Shown here one piece after another: positions 19,801 to 29,041 of a stretch of DNA of 64,000 nt. Origin of the DNA: a virus; IMG/VR virus record IMGVR_UViG_3300020477_001611, positions 37,155-101,154 of that record. The stretch is one strand, 5' to 3'. The translations under genes and the position numbers were made by a program. Position 1 is the stretch's first letter, and every line of letters starts with the position of its first letter. The notes under the pieces were generated by a model that saw only the letters and a list, made by a program, of their open reading frames with translations, ran no database searches and had not been told where the DNA came from.

Positions 19801-22800
19801 CCGCCTTGACCGCCTCCGCTCGAAGGTGATCCCTTGACTAAATCCAAATCTTGCAATTCTTTTATCTTTGTATATTTGTGTCTATATTTATTCCTCTCCA
19901 GAATATGATTTTCAATAACGCTGCGAGCCTTATCGGCCGCGTTCGCAGAGGCGGGTATCAAATTGTTTAAAACGCCGTCTAGGGCTCCATCAATCCATTT
20001 ATATAAATTGATATACTTTTCAACATCCGGATTGTTACTAATATTTTGGAAAAATAAATACCGCAACTTTTCCATAGCCTTATAGTTGGGCCGATACATG
20101 TTTACCGGTTCGCCAATTAAATTATTAAAATCACTAATCGATGCAAAAAAGCCCAACATCGCCTTAGAGATCGTATCGTACATACTGGCCTCGACGGCAA
20201 AGAAGTATTTATTTGGCCTTGATAGGCGTGTGAAAAGAGTGTCGTCTCGCGAAAGAACCTTTACCAAGTCTGAAGTATAAAGATTTTCAGGAAGTTGCTG
20301 ACGGCTGCTATCAATAAACTTAAAATCTACCACATTCGTAGAGGATTCACTAAACTCACTTCCTTGGCCGGCATAATTTGGCCCAACAAGATCAGAATAA
20401 TTGCCTAGGGGATATCGATTAACGGATCCTGTTGAGGAGCCAGAAGTGACATCTTTAATTAAAAATTTTCCGCTTGAGTCACTGCCCGTAACATTGTCAA
20501 AGTTCCAATACAACGCTAGCGTCTCTATTTTTGGAATATAAGTCCCCGAAAGAAGCCCCTCGTAAACAAAAGTATTCCTTTCGGGGTACAAACGCCCATA
20601 TGAACTTACGTCCATAGCGTGCTTTTGAATCTCTTCGTTGGTTAAATAATCATACCACACGCGGGTTGAGACAAGGCGCGTATTTGTTTCATTTTGAAGC
20701 GCGCCAGTAATGTTAGTCCGATCCGCCCCAAGATAAATACGCTTACTGGAGCCGGTCAAAAATGGCCCTGCAGTGTCCGCTACATTCACAGATGCTGAAA
20801 CAGAAAACTCATTTATTTTAGTACCCAAGCTATAATTGACGCCATAAAACTCGTAACTAGCTGTAGGGGAGGAGACTGCCTCAGAAGAAAATGGATATTT
20901 TTCTGGTCTTATTCTGAGAGCAAAATTCCACTTCTGATTTTCGTACACATTGTCATAGTAGGATGAAGTGAGGGTTGGAAACTCTCCCTGTGAAGATGTA
21001 ACATAAAAATAGGTTTTATTATTATTGTTGGTGTGTGCATATACCTTTAAGCCCGCAGGATCATTAGCAGGAACTGTAGTATCAGTAGAATTTGGAGTGG
21101 TGCTTGCACTATGGATACCAAACAAAGAAGAAGTTTTTAATTTTGGCAAATTCCCATCGGGAAAGTTTACAAATTTTGGAAAAAAGATTTCGGCTTCATA
21201 GGTAAAGGGAATATCAGCATCAGAGGCTGCGGGCAGATAACCATTATCCCCTGTACTACTAGCTGCCAAAGATGGATCAGGATATTGATAAACCACTGCT
21301 TGGCGGCTTGTTGAGCTTTTATAACCGGAAAGATCTATTACTTTATGCTTAATTGCGGTATTTTCACGATTTTCTCGTAAATCATATTCTTGATTATCAG
21401 CATACATGTTGAGGCGAATCACCTCATCATCCACACCAAAACACCGGAACAAGTTTCTAAAGGCTTTCTCGGTTCCCTTCGCTTTGTTAATATAGGCTAA
21501 ATTATTATAAATGTTTTGAAAAATTAAGTTTTTTACTTTGAAAACTTTTTCTTCATAAAGCCTTTTATCGTCTTTCGACAAGACCTCCTGAATTACCCCA
21601 GTGTCTATAAACATGCCGGGAATATCAAAACCAAAAGATTTTAAATTTCTATGAGTTTGTGGATTTGGTTTAATTTGAGATCCACTAACATAGGAGGGAT
21701 CCTTTAAACTGGTAAGGGCCCCGATTTGCCCATACAAAACGTCCAAATAGCTTCCCAAGGTCTGGCAGGTTTTTTCAATTAAATAACCATTCGCGGCGTC
21801 CTCGTCGCGGGCCCACTGCGGGATTGAATTATAAAGGCTTCCAAAATTATTTATATCATAGTCGGAACCAGACACAGTCATGTTGGTTTTATAAGTCACA
21901 ACATCTGGCTGTGTCGCATAAATAACCGGGTCTCCCTTTTCAGTTGCGACGCCACTCAATGTAATCGCACTTCCGGTTTGCCTAGAGTACGACGAATTAT
22001 AGCCAGACCAGACACCGTTGGTTAAGCGACCAGAATAATCTAGAACAACAGAATCCACCGAAGACGTAAGCGTTATTCCCTCATTAAATTTATAATAAAC
22101 ACTGAGTTTTAAGGGGTCATCATCATTGACCTTCGATGTGTCGGTATTACCACCGCCCCCAATATCAAAGAAGTAGTTACGTCCGATCTGCTGGGCGTTT
22201 CGCGCCTCTTTCCAATAACGAAACTCATCAATTGAGCCAGAAAGGCCGCCATAGCCTGTTAAGCCAAAAGTTCCGGCGAGGCTGTCTCCACAGGCGCCTA
22301 TCGTTCCAATTAGATTACCACTCATAGCTGTAGGCAACGCAGTTGACAAAGTAAAATTTACTTCCGTTTCAAAATTTCCATCAAGATAGGCAACAATCCT
22401 CATGTTTGTGGCCGAAGTTTCCTGCATAGTGATGGCGTAGTGATGCCATGTTGAATCTGCAAAAGTGGTAAGAGAGGGAAGGGTGAGATTGGTATAAAAC
22501 TTGTTTACCAAGGCCGGATTATACTGAGCGTAGGACAGCCAAAAGGTGTTGTTGTTTAAGCTATGGCGGATATACAACCCCAACTCGTGGCCCGGGTTGC
22601 CGTGGCTTGTTTGACCTCCACTAACATGAAATATCATTTCATCAGTAGTGCCGCCGGCTCCGACGAGTGGTGGAAAATCATCCTTCTTCATCCAAAACTC
22701 GATAGTGCTGCCGCTGGCCCAGTTAGCCTCTAGGCTGCCAACTTGATTTGTAGTCGTATCATAGATGAGATCCTTTGTAAAACCATCAAAATAAACATAT

Positions 22801-23228
22801 TGAGGATCGTTACTTAAACCAAAATTACCATTTGTAGCAACCTTTGTACCCCATGTCGGCGTGCCAAAGTTGGCATATCCCGTTTTGCGCGGATATTCGT
22901 TTTCTAAAACATATTGGCCGATCGGAGTTAAATCATTTTCAAATTTTAATCTTTCGGCTCGTGAGCCATCATAAGGGTATTGTCCCACAATACGATCGAC
23001 GGTATCAACGTAGTATCGTTTTGCAGATCCAAATTTGACAAAGTTGGCAGGGTCGCTGTAATCCAACTCTGGAATAAACTCAAACTTCTTTCTTGTGTAT
23101 TCTTTGACATAGGCTGCTGACTCAACATCTGTTGTAAAAGACTGCGCAGAGCCTGATTGTACAGAGCGCAGTTCGGTAGTCGGACTTAATTGTTCGGCCT
23201 TGTTTCGTTTAAAAAACTTTTTTGTCAT
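13806..23228 (-). CDS. Giant baseplate/tail-associated protein (3140 aa) with LamG/concanavalin-like domain(s) and a Cys-rich acidic C-terminus
   Basis: LamG pattern STIEFWMK...WHHYAIT...YLDG...GSIDEFRYW. KAKGTEKAFRNLFRCFG resembles the baseplate 'KGT' motif. Lies just downstream of gp6 and the 494-aa protein. Confidence 0.7.
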   Translation of the reverse strand: MTKKFFKRNKAEQLSPTTELRSVQSGSAQSFTTDVESAAYVKEYTRKKFEFIPELDYSDPANFVKFGSAKRYYVDTVDRIVGQYPYDGSRAERLKFENDLTPIGQYVLENEYPRKTGYANFGTPTWGTKVATNGNFGLSNDPQYVYFDGFTKDLIYDTTTNQVGSLEANWASGSTIEFWMKKDDFPPLVGAGGTTDEMIFHVSGGQTSHGNPGHELGLYIRHSLNNNTFWLSYAQYNPALVNKFYTNLTLPSLTTFADSTWHHYAITMQETSATNMRIVAYLDGNFETEVNFTLSTALPTAMSGNLIGTIGACGDSLAGTFGLTGYGGLSGSIDEFRYWKEARNAQQIGRNYFFDIGGGGNTDTSKVNDDDPLKLSVYYKFNEGITLTSSVDSVVLDYSGRLTNGVWSGYNSSYSRQTGSAITLSGVATEKGDPVIYATQPDVVTYKTNMTVSGSDYDINNFGSLYNSIPQWARDEDAANGYLIEKTCQTLGSYLDVLYGQIGALTSLKDPSYVSGSQIKPNPQTHRNLKSFGFDIPGMFIDTGVIQEVLSKDDKRLYEEKVFKVKNLIFQNIYNNLAYINKAKGTEKAFRNLFRCFGVDDEVIRLNMYADNQEYDLRENRENTAIKHKVIDLSGYKSSTSRQAVVYQYPDPSLAASSTGDNGYLPAASDADIPFTYEAEIFFPKFVNFPDGNLPKLKTSSLFGIHSASTTPNSTDTTVPANDPAGLKVYAHTNNNNKTYFYVTSSQGEFPTLTSSYYDNVYENQKWNFALRIRPEKYPFSSEAVSSPTASYEFYGVNYSLGTKINEFSVSASVNVADTAGPFLTGSSKRIYLGADRTNITGALQNETNTRLVSTRVWYDYLTNEEIQKHAMDVSSYGRLYPERNTFVYEGLLSGTYIPKIETLALYWNFDNVTGSDSSGKFLIKDVTSGSSTGSVNRYPLGNYSDLVGPNYAGQGSEFSESSTNVVDFKFIDSSRQQLPENLYTSDLVKVLSRDDTLFTRLSRPNKYFFAVEASMYDTISKAMLGFFASISDFNNLIGEPVNMYRPNYKAMEKLRYLFFQNISNNPDVEKYINLYKWIDGALDGVLNNLIPASANAADKARSVIENHILERNKYRHKYTKIKELQDLDLVKGSPSSGGGQGGDGSGGGDPEFDDDSPPPPPKDGSGADPNLQIPIRNSFAGNAPFPRDMQRSKGLTPNQREPRLEDYPTVSKIRAPTDPVVTNQSEGRIWWRFSARRDSTGILNVSAPANHSRYALQNNAAMVYSRSATPYSNFDMAAYRSLHAGVNLNNESRPNYYLGTFSERAATDGISILSRAGLSNAVKNINNTPYYTYSGSRDETSNGRRRFPISVSTNEDSTQLPPYSYLPFTILSASGETPSAYQQILATTLGNNADLVNAHVDSYHFDKEVPMQGTYTEEQVGGYQYRHGNLLNYSSSGDARVRKEGYQLNFADHATDGFELRNPRIVDGEYDKDRPVGTLLRAAGAKSPVNIANIKVSNSIGINYNNYNYNYEIVQTSGRRENNRYYILSLGTTGSGVTNDAIETVTNITFDDRAALRRDLTGSTDSIIVNRFSAPGGPETSAENALDVESAEYSVYNALPYRNLVVRNALQTLLTRHALSGGYDSVLLAPSGSYQKNQRNVGYQISSSLESPKTVYDNAYVGHGIPKSDVQYRWIADSWIAQKRGYPNEALLTTAPGLLTSSGPEYGTGNGFENDATASDYSPIYGYEYSASIQFISGGHFSWYPVPGAKAATYGGNTQGVSFVGDNTIVLGTFDTASNIFTTASTTSSYFNIYTLGETHAQQYQAISTNTFLLNNNGPYGWPTWKQLRVRQTKAANDLRKYSLYQNVRKVLDDNRNKLIDSRTDLVQSPVTIKHKKVIQAIDDVTGTIEYAFGNEYHYFARDYSKEKNAIENKNFDLNAPTRDLQNSDFYKLSGKWKNILYSEVLFPKDENVFRNLIREREQYVSFWKSDLLAIREDNVLADIAGTNITASGWPMDVSTTGAAADHEESGVIMRNTGSTGQGAIVAGEINSRYAFTLDTSRAKNVVQAQAGTGAFFTSYDDFSKDAKLIGQDYSLMPEFTISNFVREVHISHGGNYVNNIYEYALTGSGFTGHGGVGAPAGDTESRRDSIERYATTSKLTYLQELKDYYGEPTAIRLAFDVVKQILPKDGFYPQQRTVQLAQIFSQSYANSDYDQGPGNTPSSIPLGNSPTYETSLMPFWAPGIGYNSIKAGLACDFPYKSTIAGRASASIDQEFESRAPFDAILAPHEYVGNIFQICPSSGSYYSAHSPMPIVQDTTGAVNKTDGLYQYAAHNFFAEVPNFFLDGLTTFKSAPESSWTFEGPLSSSAGVKKFAMDVIITKPVSFVQYSNPAAFGPYPYIHHAPPGVMFMAYEGQAAYFDFVAANNCYGCGAPAACIGDVFGGSSFHYSAPAYTRATLEFDPTNLLPSSGKVGQSSFSFSDIIANSTIRNSNSWTELNGAGNNACATAINSNSMVPSSASFMALSASIDMFELDADKRWTIRTKWEAPVLNFFKDGDASTANPVAPTAEPNPHSIGTAGTVCGTRGMWHQFSDVAATELSGTATRLNMKLSKASWSGNSVYPDAINRELTGSLVEACGFASRPEPIGRFKAEQIVEEAICAIPFYVDCETGEETYFEIPFNIFEKSYADVRQDRLTTNSVADMIKKMDKYVVPPIYDFVWKRDQAKRVPTTKEEYGNVNPPFSMYISEFTSTLTQADLSKWWQGVMPSQAVTPETETVIIEHPLVDGELLSPTIFQYNGFRDKKIPKDIRWRIFKIKKRAEYDYYVTQAALTGVPAYRYPIAQRFSYNWPYDYFSLIELGKMEVGFEVRNDAPNRIKDIRGGGYIRPEEVIAKRAALGEPLTISAPTNTAAPTQAICSSPELQELARLQELLSLGIELSPEQGQSFEELVIKCGLPYVPPREEEEPVCKNDDDCPECHTCKTTMSALSSDVTVSCEPNPDAECSSDGALGTCDTDGGYVCKNCKCVLEDSADEMPPSRSDELFTGDLSDLGAFEEEDPFEAGIEDEIIYGCTDSNANNYNEKATVDDGSCVYEEEEPAEEEEDPLASIPPEELYEDRNAAIATSESYTNEGCQGQVHAMGQYWMPCKDHVSWEKAYYG

Positions 23229-24712
23229 TATCCCACCCTAAATGTAAAGGTCTCGTTAAGTTCTCGGTATCTGGTGCCATACTTATAAAGAAATTTAAGA
23301 CCATACTTAAAATCAGTCTCCAACATTGACATATCCAAATTAAAATAACTGCCGGAAACATCGTAAGACAACTTAGTATACGCTGGCTCTGAAGAGCTTC
23401 CAGTTCCGTAATTAATAATTGTTAGGTCATCGACCACTCGATAAAGCTTATAATACATTTCAGGTATAACGACCGATTTGGCATCTGTTGTCGCCACCGT
23501 ATAAACGTTAGGGCTCCAATTTTTGTTCCTTGTGTATAATCTAAAACGAGCATTTTCTTTTGTAGAATACTCTCGCTTTAAATTAGTAATTTTACAAACA
23601 TATGCTGGCTCCTCATCGTCGCCGCGGTCGTCAAATCGATTAACCTCTATTGATCCCGTAAAATATTGTGTATTTCTGTCGCCATCGTCGGCAGGCTGTG
23701 AGCCAGTGCTCCACACGTCATAAATTAATGAAGCTGTTGTATTCATATACACCGAAGCGGTATATATTCCTGTTAAATTTTGACCATTTATGTATGCCAA
23801 ACTTGCAGTAAAAGAAGAGCTAACGCTGCTTGTAAGAGAATTGGCATGTAAGGTAACAAACATGTAATCGCTTGTAAGCGTAGGAATGTTTTTTAAAGTG
23901 CCGCGAATACGATTATAAAAATATAAAGTATTTAAATTATCAGCAGCCGAGGCCAGCGAACTACTCGCATAAAAGTCGCCGCGATTGTCTGGACGGGAGT
24001 CGTTCCAGCGGGCCTCAATCACTGGCCTCTTGTAAAAATATTGACTATTGCGTGCAAAAAATCGCTTAGTATAATAAGACGTGGTGCTGCCCGACAATTC
24101 TTGAGAGCCTGTCAAATAGACTCCAAAGCCGTAACTGCTTGTATTAGTATTAAGCCACTCTTCCATTTGAGCAGTAATATCCATTTCAAGATCTTCTAGT
24201 CCCGTACTAAAAGTTTGTTTTGCAGAGGGTGCCAAATCATTTCCAAGAGACCCCGTTAAAAAGTCGCCACCCTCATTCTTCCAATCGTCTGAAGAAGCAG
24301 TGTTTTGTTGCCAATTGCTGGCTCCTAAATCTTTATAGTCCTCCATATCCAGACCGATACCCTCAGTCCACGAACTAGAAATAGCTGACGCAACCAAGGT
24401 GAAATCTCGTGGAGTGGTGGTACTGTGTTCAGCATTAAAAAGTCGCAAATAAAAATTTACATTTCCAGAGGTCGGAAGATCGCCGTTGTCGCGGCTCCCA
24501 CTAATACTGGCCGTGGTTGTTCCAACAACAGGGAAATCAATTAAAATTCTGGCGGCCTCTTGTGAAGATGTTGAACTTTGCGCATAGAGGTTGAAGACTT
24601 CTAAAATATCAGAAGCGCCCATATTAGAGCCAGTCCCTCTTGTAGACAAGTTGTTGGCATACGCATTAGTAATTGTATTATCTTTTGTGGCATAAAATCT
24701 TTTAATAGGCAT
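23228..24712 (-). CDS. Virion structural protein (494 aa), S/T-rich
   Basis: Shares 1-nt stop/start overlaps with gp6 and the giant protein; beta-rich composition. Confidence 0.6.
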   Translation of the reverse strand: MPIKRFYATKDNTITNAYANNLSTRGTGSNMGASDILEVFNLYAQSSTSSQEAARILIDFPVVGTTTASISGSRDNGDLPTSGNVNFYLRLFNAEHSTTTPRDFTLVASAISSSWTEGIGLDMEDYKDLGASNWQQNTASSDDWKNEGGDFLTGSLGNDLAPSAKQTFSTGLEDLEMDITAQMEEWLNTNTSSYGFGVYLTGSQELSGSTTSYYTKRFFARNSQYFYKRPVIEARWNDSRPDNRGDFYASSSLASAADNLNTLYFYNRIRGTLKNIPTLTSDYMFVTLHANSLTSSVSSSFTASLAYINGQNLTGIYTASVYMNTTASLIYDVWSTGSQPADDGDRNTQYFTGSIEVNRFDDRGDDEEPAYVCKITNLKREYSTKENARFRLYTRNKNWSPNVYTVATTDAKSVVIPEMYYKLYRVVDDLTIINYGTGSSSEPAYTKLSYDVSGSYFNLDMSMLETDFKYGLKFLYKYGTRYRELNETFTFRVG

Positions 24713-26502
24713 TATTTCACGGCTCCCACTATATCAATGTCTGGATATTTTATTTCCATAACCACGTTCTCTGGTACAATAATAAATCTCCCATCGGCTG
24801 TTGTTGCATTATCAATATCAAAATCATAAGTGCTATAATTGGTACCCGTTTTTTGTACTATTTTAACGGTCTGTGCGTCAACAACATCAGGGATATCGTT
24901 TAAAACGCGATAGATATCAGATATATAAAATGGTGCTCCAAATAATAATTGCTCAGCAAATTTTTGCTTAAGAGCACTATTGCACTTCTCTAGAATTTCA
25001 GTTTGATTTGCATCTAATTTTCCCAATACCGTAAACTCAATACCAATGTTGACAATCTGTCCGTCTAAAATATCAATAGTATCATTTATCATCTTATACT
25101 GGCTTAGCCAAATTTTGAGATTTTCTTTAATAGTTGAGCTACTTTGAGCCAACCTTCCATTAACGTCCTCAGACACCACATAAAGGTTAAGGTTCCTCTT
25201 AAAAGAATCTTTATCCTGAACAATGTTGGCCCTCTTAACAGCCCCAAGCTTAGGTGGCATTCGATAAATGATACTTAAATAATCTTGACGTGTGACTGCT
25301 CTGTTTTGTGAAGCGTAGGCATCAATAGCCCTTGTACGAATCTCCTCTGCGGTAAGATCTTTAATATCTCCAACCAAAGGTTCTTCATTTTCCACATCTA
25401 AGCTCGCGACAATTGTCTGATAATTATCACTAGATGGCAGATCATCAGTTGTGAATGAAAGCTCTGGGGTAACTACGGTGTTAATTGCGCCGGCGGCTGT
25501 ATTAACAGAATCACTGTCATTCCTCCTATAGGTAACGATTAACTGCCCCTGTGGTGGGACTATTCCAAATTTGTCTGTCTTTAACAAAATTGAAGGATCA
25601 AACGAATCGTCAGAATAATAATTTCTGGCATATCGGTTCAAAGCTACATCCGTTGGATCAGGGAATTCATTGTCTGTCAAAGTTGACTCCGAGCCATATC
25701 CAAATCTTAAAGAGGTGACTCCTTCATCATCGACTTCTACAATAAACCGGCGCGGTACCAACTTTTCTCGCAAAATATAGGGGGCATCTTCAGTGTCAGT
25801 GCTTGGATTTCTCAAAGCCTGATATACCGTATTTTGTGATAAGTACGGAACTTCGCTATATTCATTTCCTTCTGCATCAACCACTGAGATAATCTCTGAA
25901 ATATTTTCGCCACCCAAATCCAGCTTAAGGAACTTTTTATAACTTCCGACCGTCAAAATTTCCGTCTCTGTTATTCCCGATATAACATCTCCATAAGCTT
26001 TATAGGCGTAAGTCTTGGCGGAACCATCTGAATTCATCTCCGCTACAACCTTTTGAACGTCACTTCGGGTAAAGTCAACATCGGATGAAAGAATAAAAGA
26101 ATTGCCGGCCGATGAGGCAAGTGTGGTGCCCGCTTTCAAAATGGGAACTAAATCAGAATCGGGATCGCCAGTTGAGTTGGAGGGAACCTGCACATAAAAT
26201 GCGCACTTTCCTGTAGCTGTAAAAGCTTGAGGCCTCTTATATCCTAATTGTTTTGCCAAAGAAAAAAGGTTTTTCTTTTCAATAGCCGTGTCCAAATAGG
26301 TTTCATTGGCCTGATAATCTAAATAAAATGATAGTACATCACCAACATAAGCCACCATATCCATCATCAAGGAACCAAATGATGCTTCGCTAAAATCTTG
26401 ATAAGTGTCAGGGTAATAAACCTTGGCATAATTAATCAAGTCTGCTTTGATACTCTCAAAGTCTCGGTTTGTATATTTAACTGGTGTAGTTTTTTTAGCC
26501 AT
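24712..26502 (-). CDS. Baseplate wedge subunit (T4 gp6 / baseplate J-like)
   Basis: RDFESIK...DFSEAS.G..MMDM.AYVGD.LSFY.D.QANE, AKQLGY, and QNRAVTRQDY. Confidence 0.88.
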   Translation of the reverse strand: MAKKTTPVKYTNRDFESIKADLINYAKVYYPDTYQDFSEASFGSLMMDMVAYVGDVLSFYLDYQANETYLDTAIEKKNLFSLAKQLGYKRPQAFTATGKCAFYVQVPSNSTGDPDSDLVPILKAGTTLASSAGNSFILSSDVDFTRSDVQKVVAEMNSDGSAKTYAYKAYGDVISGITETEILTVGSYKKFLKLDLGGENISEIISVVDAEGNEYSEVPYLSQNTVYQALRNPSTDTEDAPYILREKLVPRRFIVEVDDEGVTSLRFGYGSESTLTDNEFPDPTDVALNRYARNYYSDDSFDPSILLKTDKFGIVPPQGQLIVTYRRNDSDSVNTAAGAINTVVTPELSFTTDDLPSSDNYQTIVASLDVENEEPLVGDIKDLTAEEIRTRAIDAYASQNRAVTRQDYLSIIYRMPPKLGAVKRANIVQDKDSFKRNLNLYVVSEDVNGRLAQSSSTIKENLKIWLSQYKMINDTIDILDGQIVNIGIEFTVLGKLDANQTEILEKCNSALKQKFAEQLLFGAPFYISDIYRVLNDIPDVVDAQTVKIVQKTGTNYSTYDFDIDNATTADGRFIIVPENVVMEIKYPDIDIVGAVK

Positions 26503-26518
26503 TTATTCGTCTTCCCTG

Positions 26519-26905
26519 CTATAGAAATTGATTCTCAATATCCAATTCTAACTTATCTGACACCCCCAAAGTTGGAATAATATATTCTATCTGTAAGACA
26601 ACCATATTTTTTTCTCTTATCAGGTCGGTCTTTAAATTCGTTATGTTTATATAAGGTAAATATTTAGATGTTTGATCAAATACTCGTTCTCTCAAAAGCT
26701 CTAAAGTTTCGGAAGTGACACTCTCAAACAACATCCGTTGAAATCCGACGCCAAAATTAACATCCATAATCTTTTCACCGGGCATTGTTAAAACCATGTG
26801 CTTAAAGTTTTGTTTTGCGGTCTCTGATAAGTCTTTTGTAAGTCCATAAGGACCGTCCACCTTATCATATATAAAGGGCACCCTAACCGATAAGCCTTGA
26901 GCCAT
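26519..26905 (-). CDS. Baseplate gp25/GpW-like protein
   Basis: KQNFKHMVLTMPGEKIMDVNFGVG..RMLFE; 128 aa; adjacent to gp6. Confidence 0.85.
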   Translation of the reverse strand: MAQGLSVRVPFIYDKVDGPYGLTKDLSETAKQNFKHMVLTMPGEKIMDVNFGVGFQRMLFESVTSETLELLRERVFDQTSKYLPYINITNLKTDLIREKNMVVLQIEYIIPTLGVSDKLELDIENQFL

Positions 26906-29041
26906 TTAGTTTACCCCCTCCAGCAACTTGTTGATGGCAATTTTTAAATTATTGTCAATAGTTTTGTCCATTTGTTCTTTCACTTCCTTCGCGAATTCAG
27001 ACTGTTTGGTGCTCCCTTCTGAATAATATGGAACTTCACCCTTCTTGAATGTGCCAATCACTTCCTTATCATAATAATTAGGGTCTCCCGACATAACTGG
27101 CCTTCCTAAATTTACCGCGATGCTGTTTATAAAATCAACCACCTTTTTATCGTTCGCCAAATGGTCAAGTATCTGCCCACTGTGCTCCTTAACTATTACC
27201 CTATCTATTTCTTGATCCATGTACCACGGAAGACTGTTGTTGTGGTCCGGGGCCTGAGAGCCATAGCCGGGGTCATAATACTTCAACATTGCCAAAAACA
27301 TACCCTCCAACTCTTCAGCAGTGATTTTTTCATGTTGCTCGGCCAATGTTAAAACGCCATGGTGTTTGGAGATCCAATCTATGAACGTATTGGTGTACGC
27401 CCCATCAACCTTCCAACGAGCATTGCCATACAAAAAATTGTATACATAAGTCTTGTTTCTGTATACTCCCGGGGCTGGGTCTCCCGCTTTCCACCTCTCT
27501 AAAGATGCATCGCTAAAGGGGCTGTTTTGGTCACTATACTTATTCACAATTGGCCGGTAAATCCCGGTACCATATTTAATACTAGTTTTTGGATTAAATG
27601 ACTGATCGGTCACACTATTATTATATTTGGTAGAAATAAGTTTATTTTTGGTAGTTTGAGAAGAGAGCTTGGGTACGCTTGCTACCAAGCGAACGCCGTA
27701 ACGCACATTCATTTTTTTGGCGATCTCGTCAACAAGCTGATACTTGTTCAAGCTACTAGCATTTTCAATATTGCCTTTAAAATACGCCCAACCCTGCTGC
27801 TCGTTCAGTCGGTCCATAATTGTCTTAATAAGTAAAGACACCTCTCGAAAAGAAAGGTAGTCCGAGTAATAGGGTGATGGCCAATAATCTTTGTGAAGGG
27901 GGATATTATCGATTTTAAAAAAATATTCTAACCAATAGCCACCGTCAATTATTTCATCCCATCCAATATATTCAAAATTGGCGGCGCGTATACCATACGC
28001 ACCAGCACAACCCGTATAAGTGTTGGCCGGTTTTGCCTGATAAACATAATAAGGTTTTAATCCAGAACCGGGAGAGGGACCCTTATAATCGCACTTTGTC
28101 CAGTTGCCTTTATACTTGGTCGTCGCTAAGGTCGCGTCAGGGGCGGGCCAGCGAAAAAGACTATCGCCTTTAAAATTAAACGCTTTTGTATCATATAACG
28201 CGGCGCGGGGGTCTGGGTCTGCGTCTTTTTTGCACCCGACCACACCAGCGTTCTTACAAGCTCCGCGTGTGTCATATACCCTAGCGCCACCATCTTTGGG
28301 CGCCCAAGGCCACTTAGATGCATTAGAAGGAGGGGAGGGAAGGCCAGCGGATTCTAGATTAAAGTTTAAAGGCTGACCGTCCTCTCCGATAAAAGAGGGT
28401 GTAGAAGAGTCATCGGCAGAGGCATCATTAGGATTCTTAAAGGCATACGGATGCTCAAAATTAAACAGGGGCGCCTCCCACATTGCACTTGAAAAATCCC
28501 AAGTTTTATTTTTTAGATGGCCAACGAACCAGCCAACTAAATTATCTGGTACGAAAGTTTTCTGAAGATTGCTTAAATAATTCTCTGTCTCGGAAGCTCC
28601 CATCTTAAGAGGCGGCCCAAAATATTTTTCATTTCCTGCATTTCCCGCCAACAACACTGCGGATAGCACTTCTGCAAAATATAATTTTAAAGATTCATCC
28701 CACTGCCATGGCTCCTCTGGCATCGCCTTTGCATGAGGGTTTTTAGAATAAAAAGCCGCAAAGCGATACAAATCTAACAACTTATCACCGAACAATTCAT
28801 TTGAAAAGTCAACCCACAGTGTATTAAAAAATGAACTGCCTATATCCATCTCCTTATAAGATTGCTTAACCAGTTGATTCCCGTACTCCTTATCATCCTT
28901 GTTCTTCAAAGTCTGCAGACTTGCCGAGTCTTGCAAAAATAAAAAAATTCGCGGTGAGGCCTTTCTAGTGAGGAACGAACGAATTTTCTCCTCCACTGAA
29001 ATTCCAAACATCATTATAATATATTGTTTTGATCCTATCAT
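26906..29041 (-). CDS. Hypothetical protein in baseplate module (711 aa)
   Basis: Long ORF with ATGA overlap; no family recognised. Confidence 0.55.
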   Translation of the reverse strand: MIGSKQYIIMMFGISVEEKIRSFLTRKASPRIFLFLQDSASLQTLKNKDDKEYGNQLVKQSYKEMDIGSSFFNTLWVDFSNELFGDKLLDLYRFAAFYSKNPHAKAMPEEPWQWDESLKLYFAEVLSAVLLAGNAGNEKYFGPPLKMGASETENYLSNLQKTFVPDNLVGWFVGHLKNKTWDFSSAMWEAPLFNFEHPYAFKNPNDASADDSSTPSFIGEDGQPLNFNLESAGLPSPPSNASKWPWAPKDGGARVYDTRGACKNAGVVGCKKDADPDPRAALYDTKAFNFKGDSLFRWPAPDATLATTKYKGNWTKCDYKGPSPGSGLKPYYVYQAKPANTYTGCAGAYGIRAANFEYIGWDEIIDGGYWLEYFFKIDNIPLHKDYWPSPYYSDYLSFREVSLLIKTIMDRLNEQQGWAYFKGNIENASSLNKYQLVDEIAKKMNVRYGVRLVASVPKLSSQTTKNKLISTKYNNSVTDQSFNPKTSIKYGTGIYRPIVNKYSDQNSPFSDASLERWKAGDPAPGVYRNKTYVYNFLYGNARWKVDGAYTNTFIDWISKHHGVLTLAEQHEKITAEELEGMFLAMLKYYDPGYGSQAPDHNNSLPWYMDQEIDRVIVKEHSGQILDHLANDKKVVDFINSIAVNLGRPVMSGDPNYYDKEVIGTFKKGEVPYYSEGSTKQSEFAKEVKEQMDKTIDNNLKIAINKLLEGVN

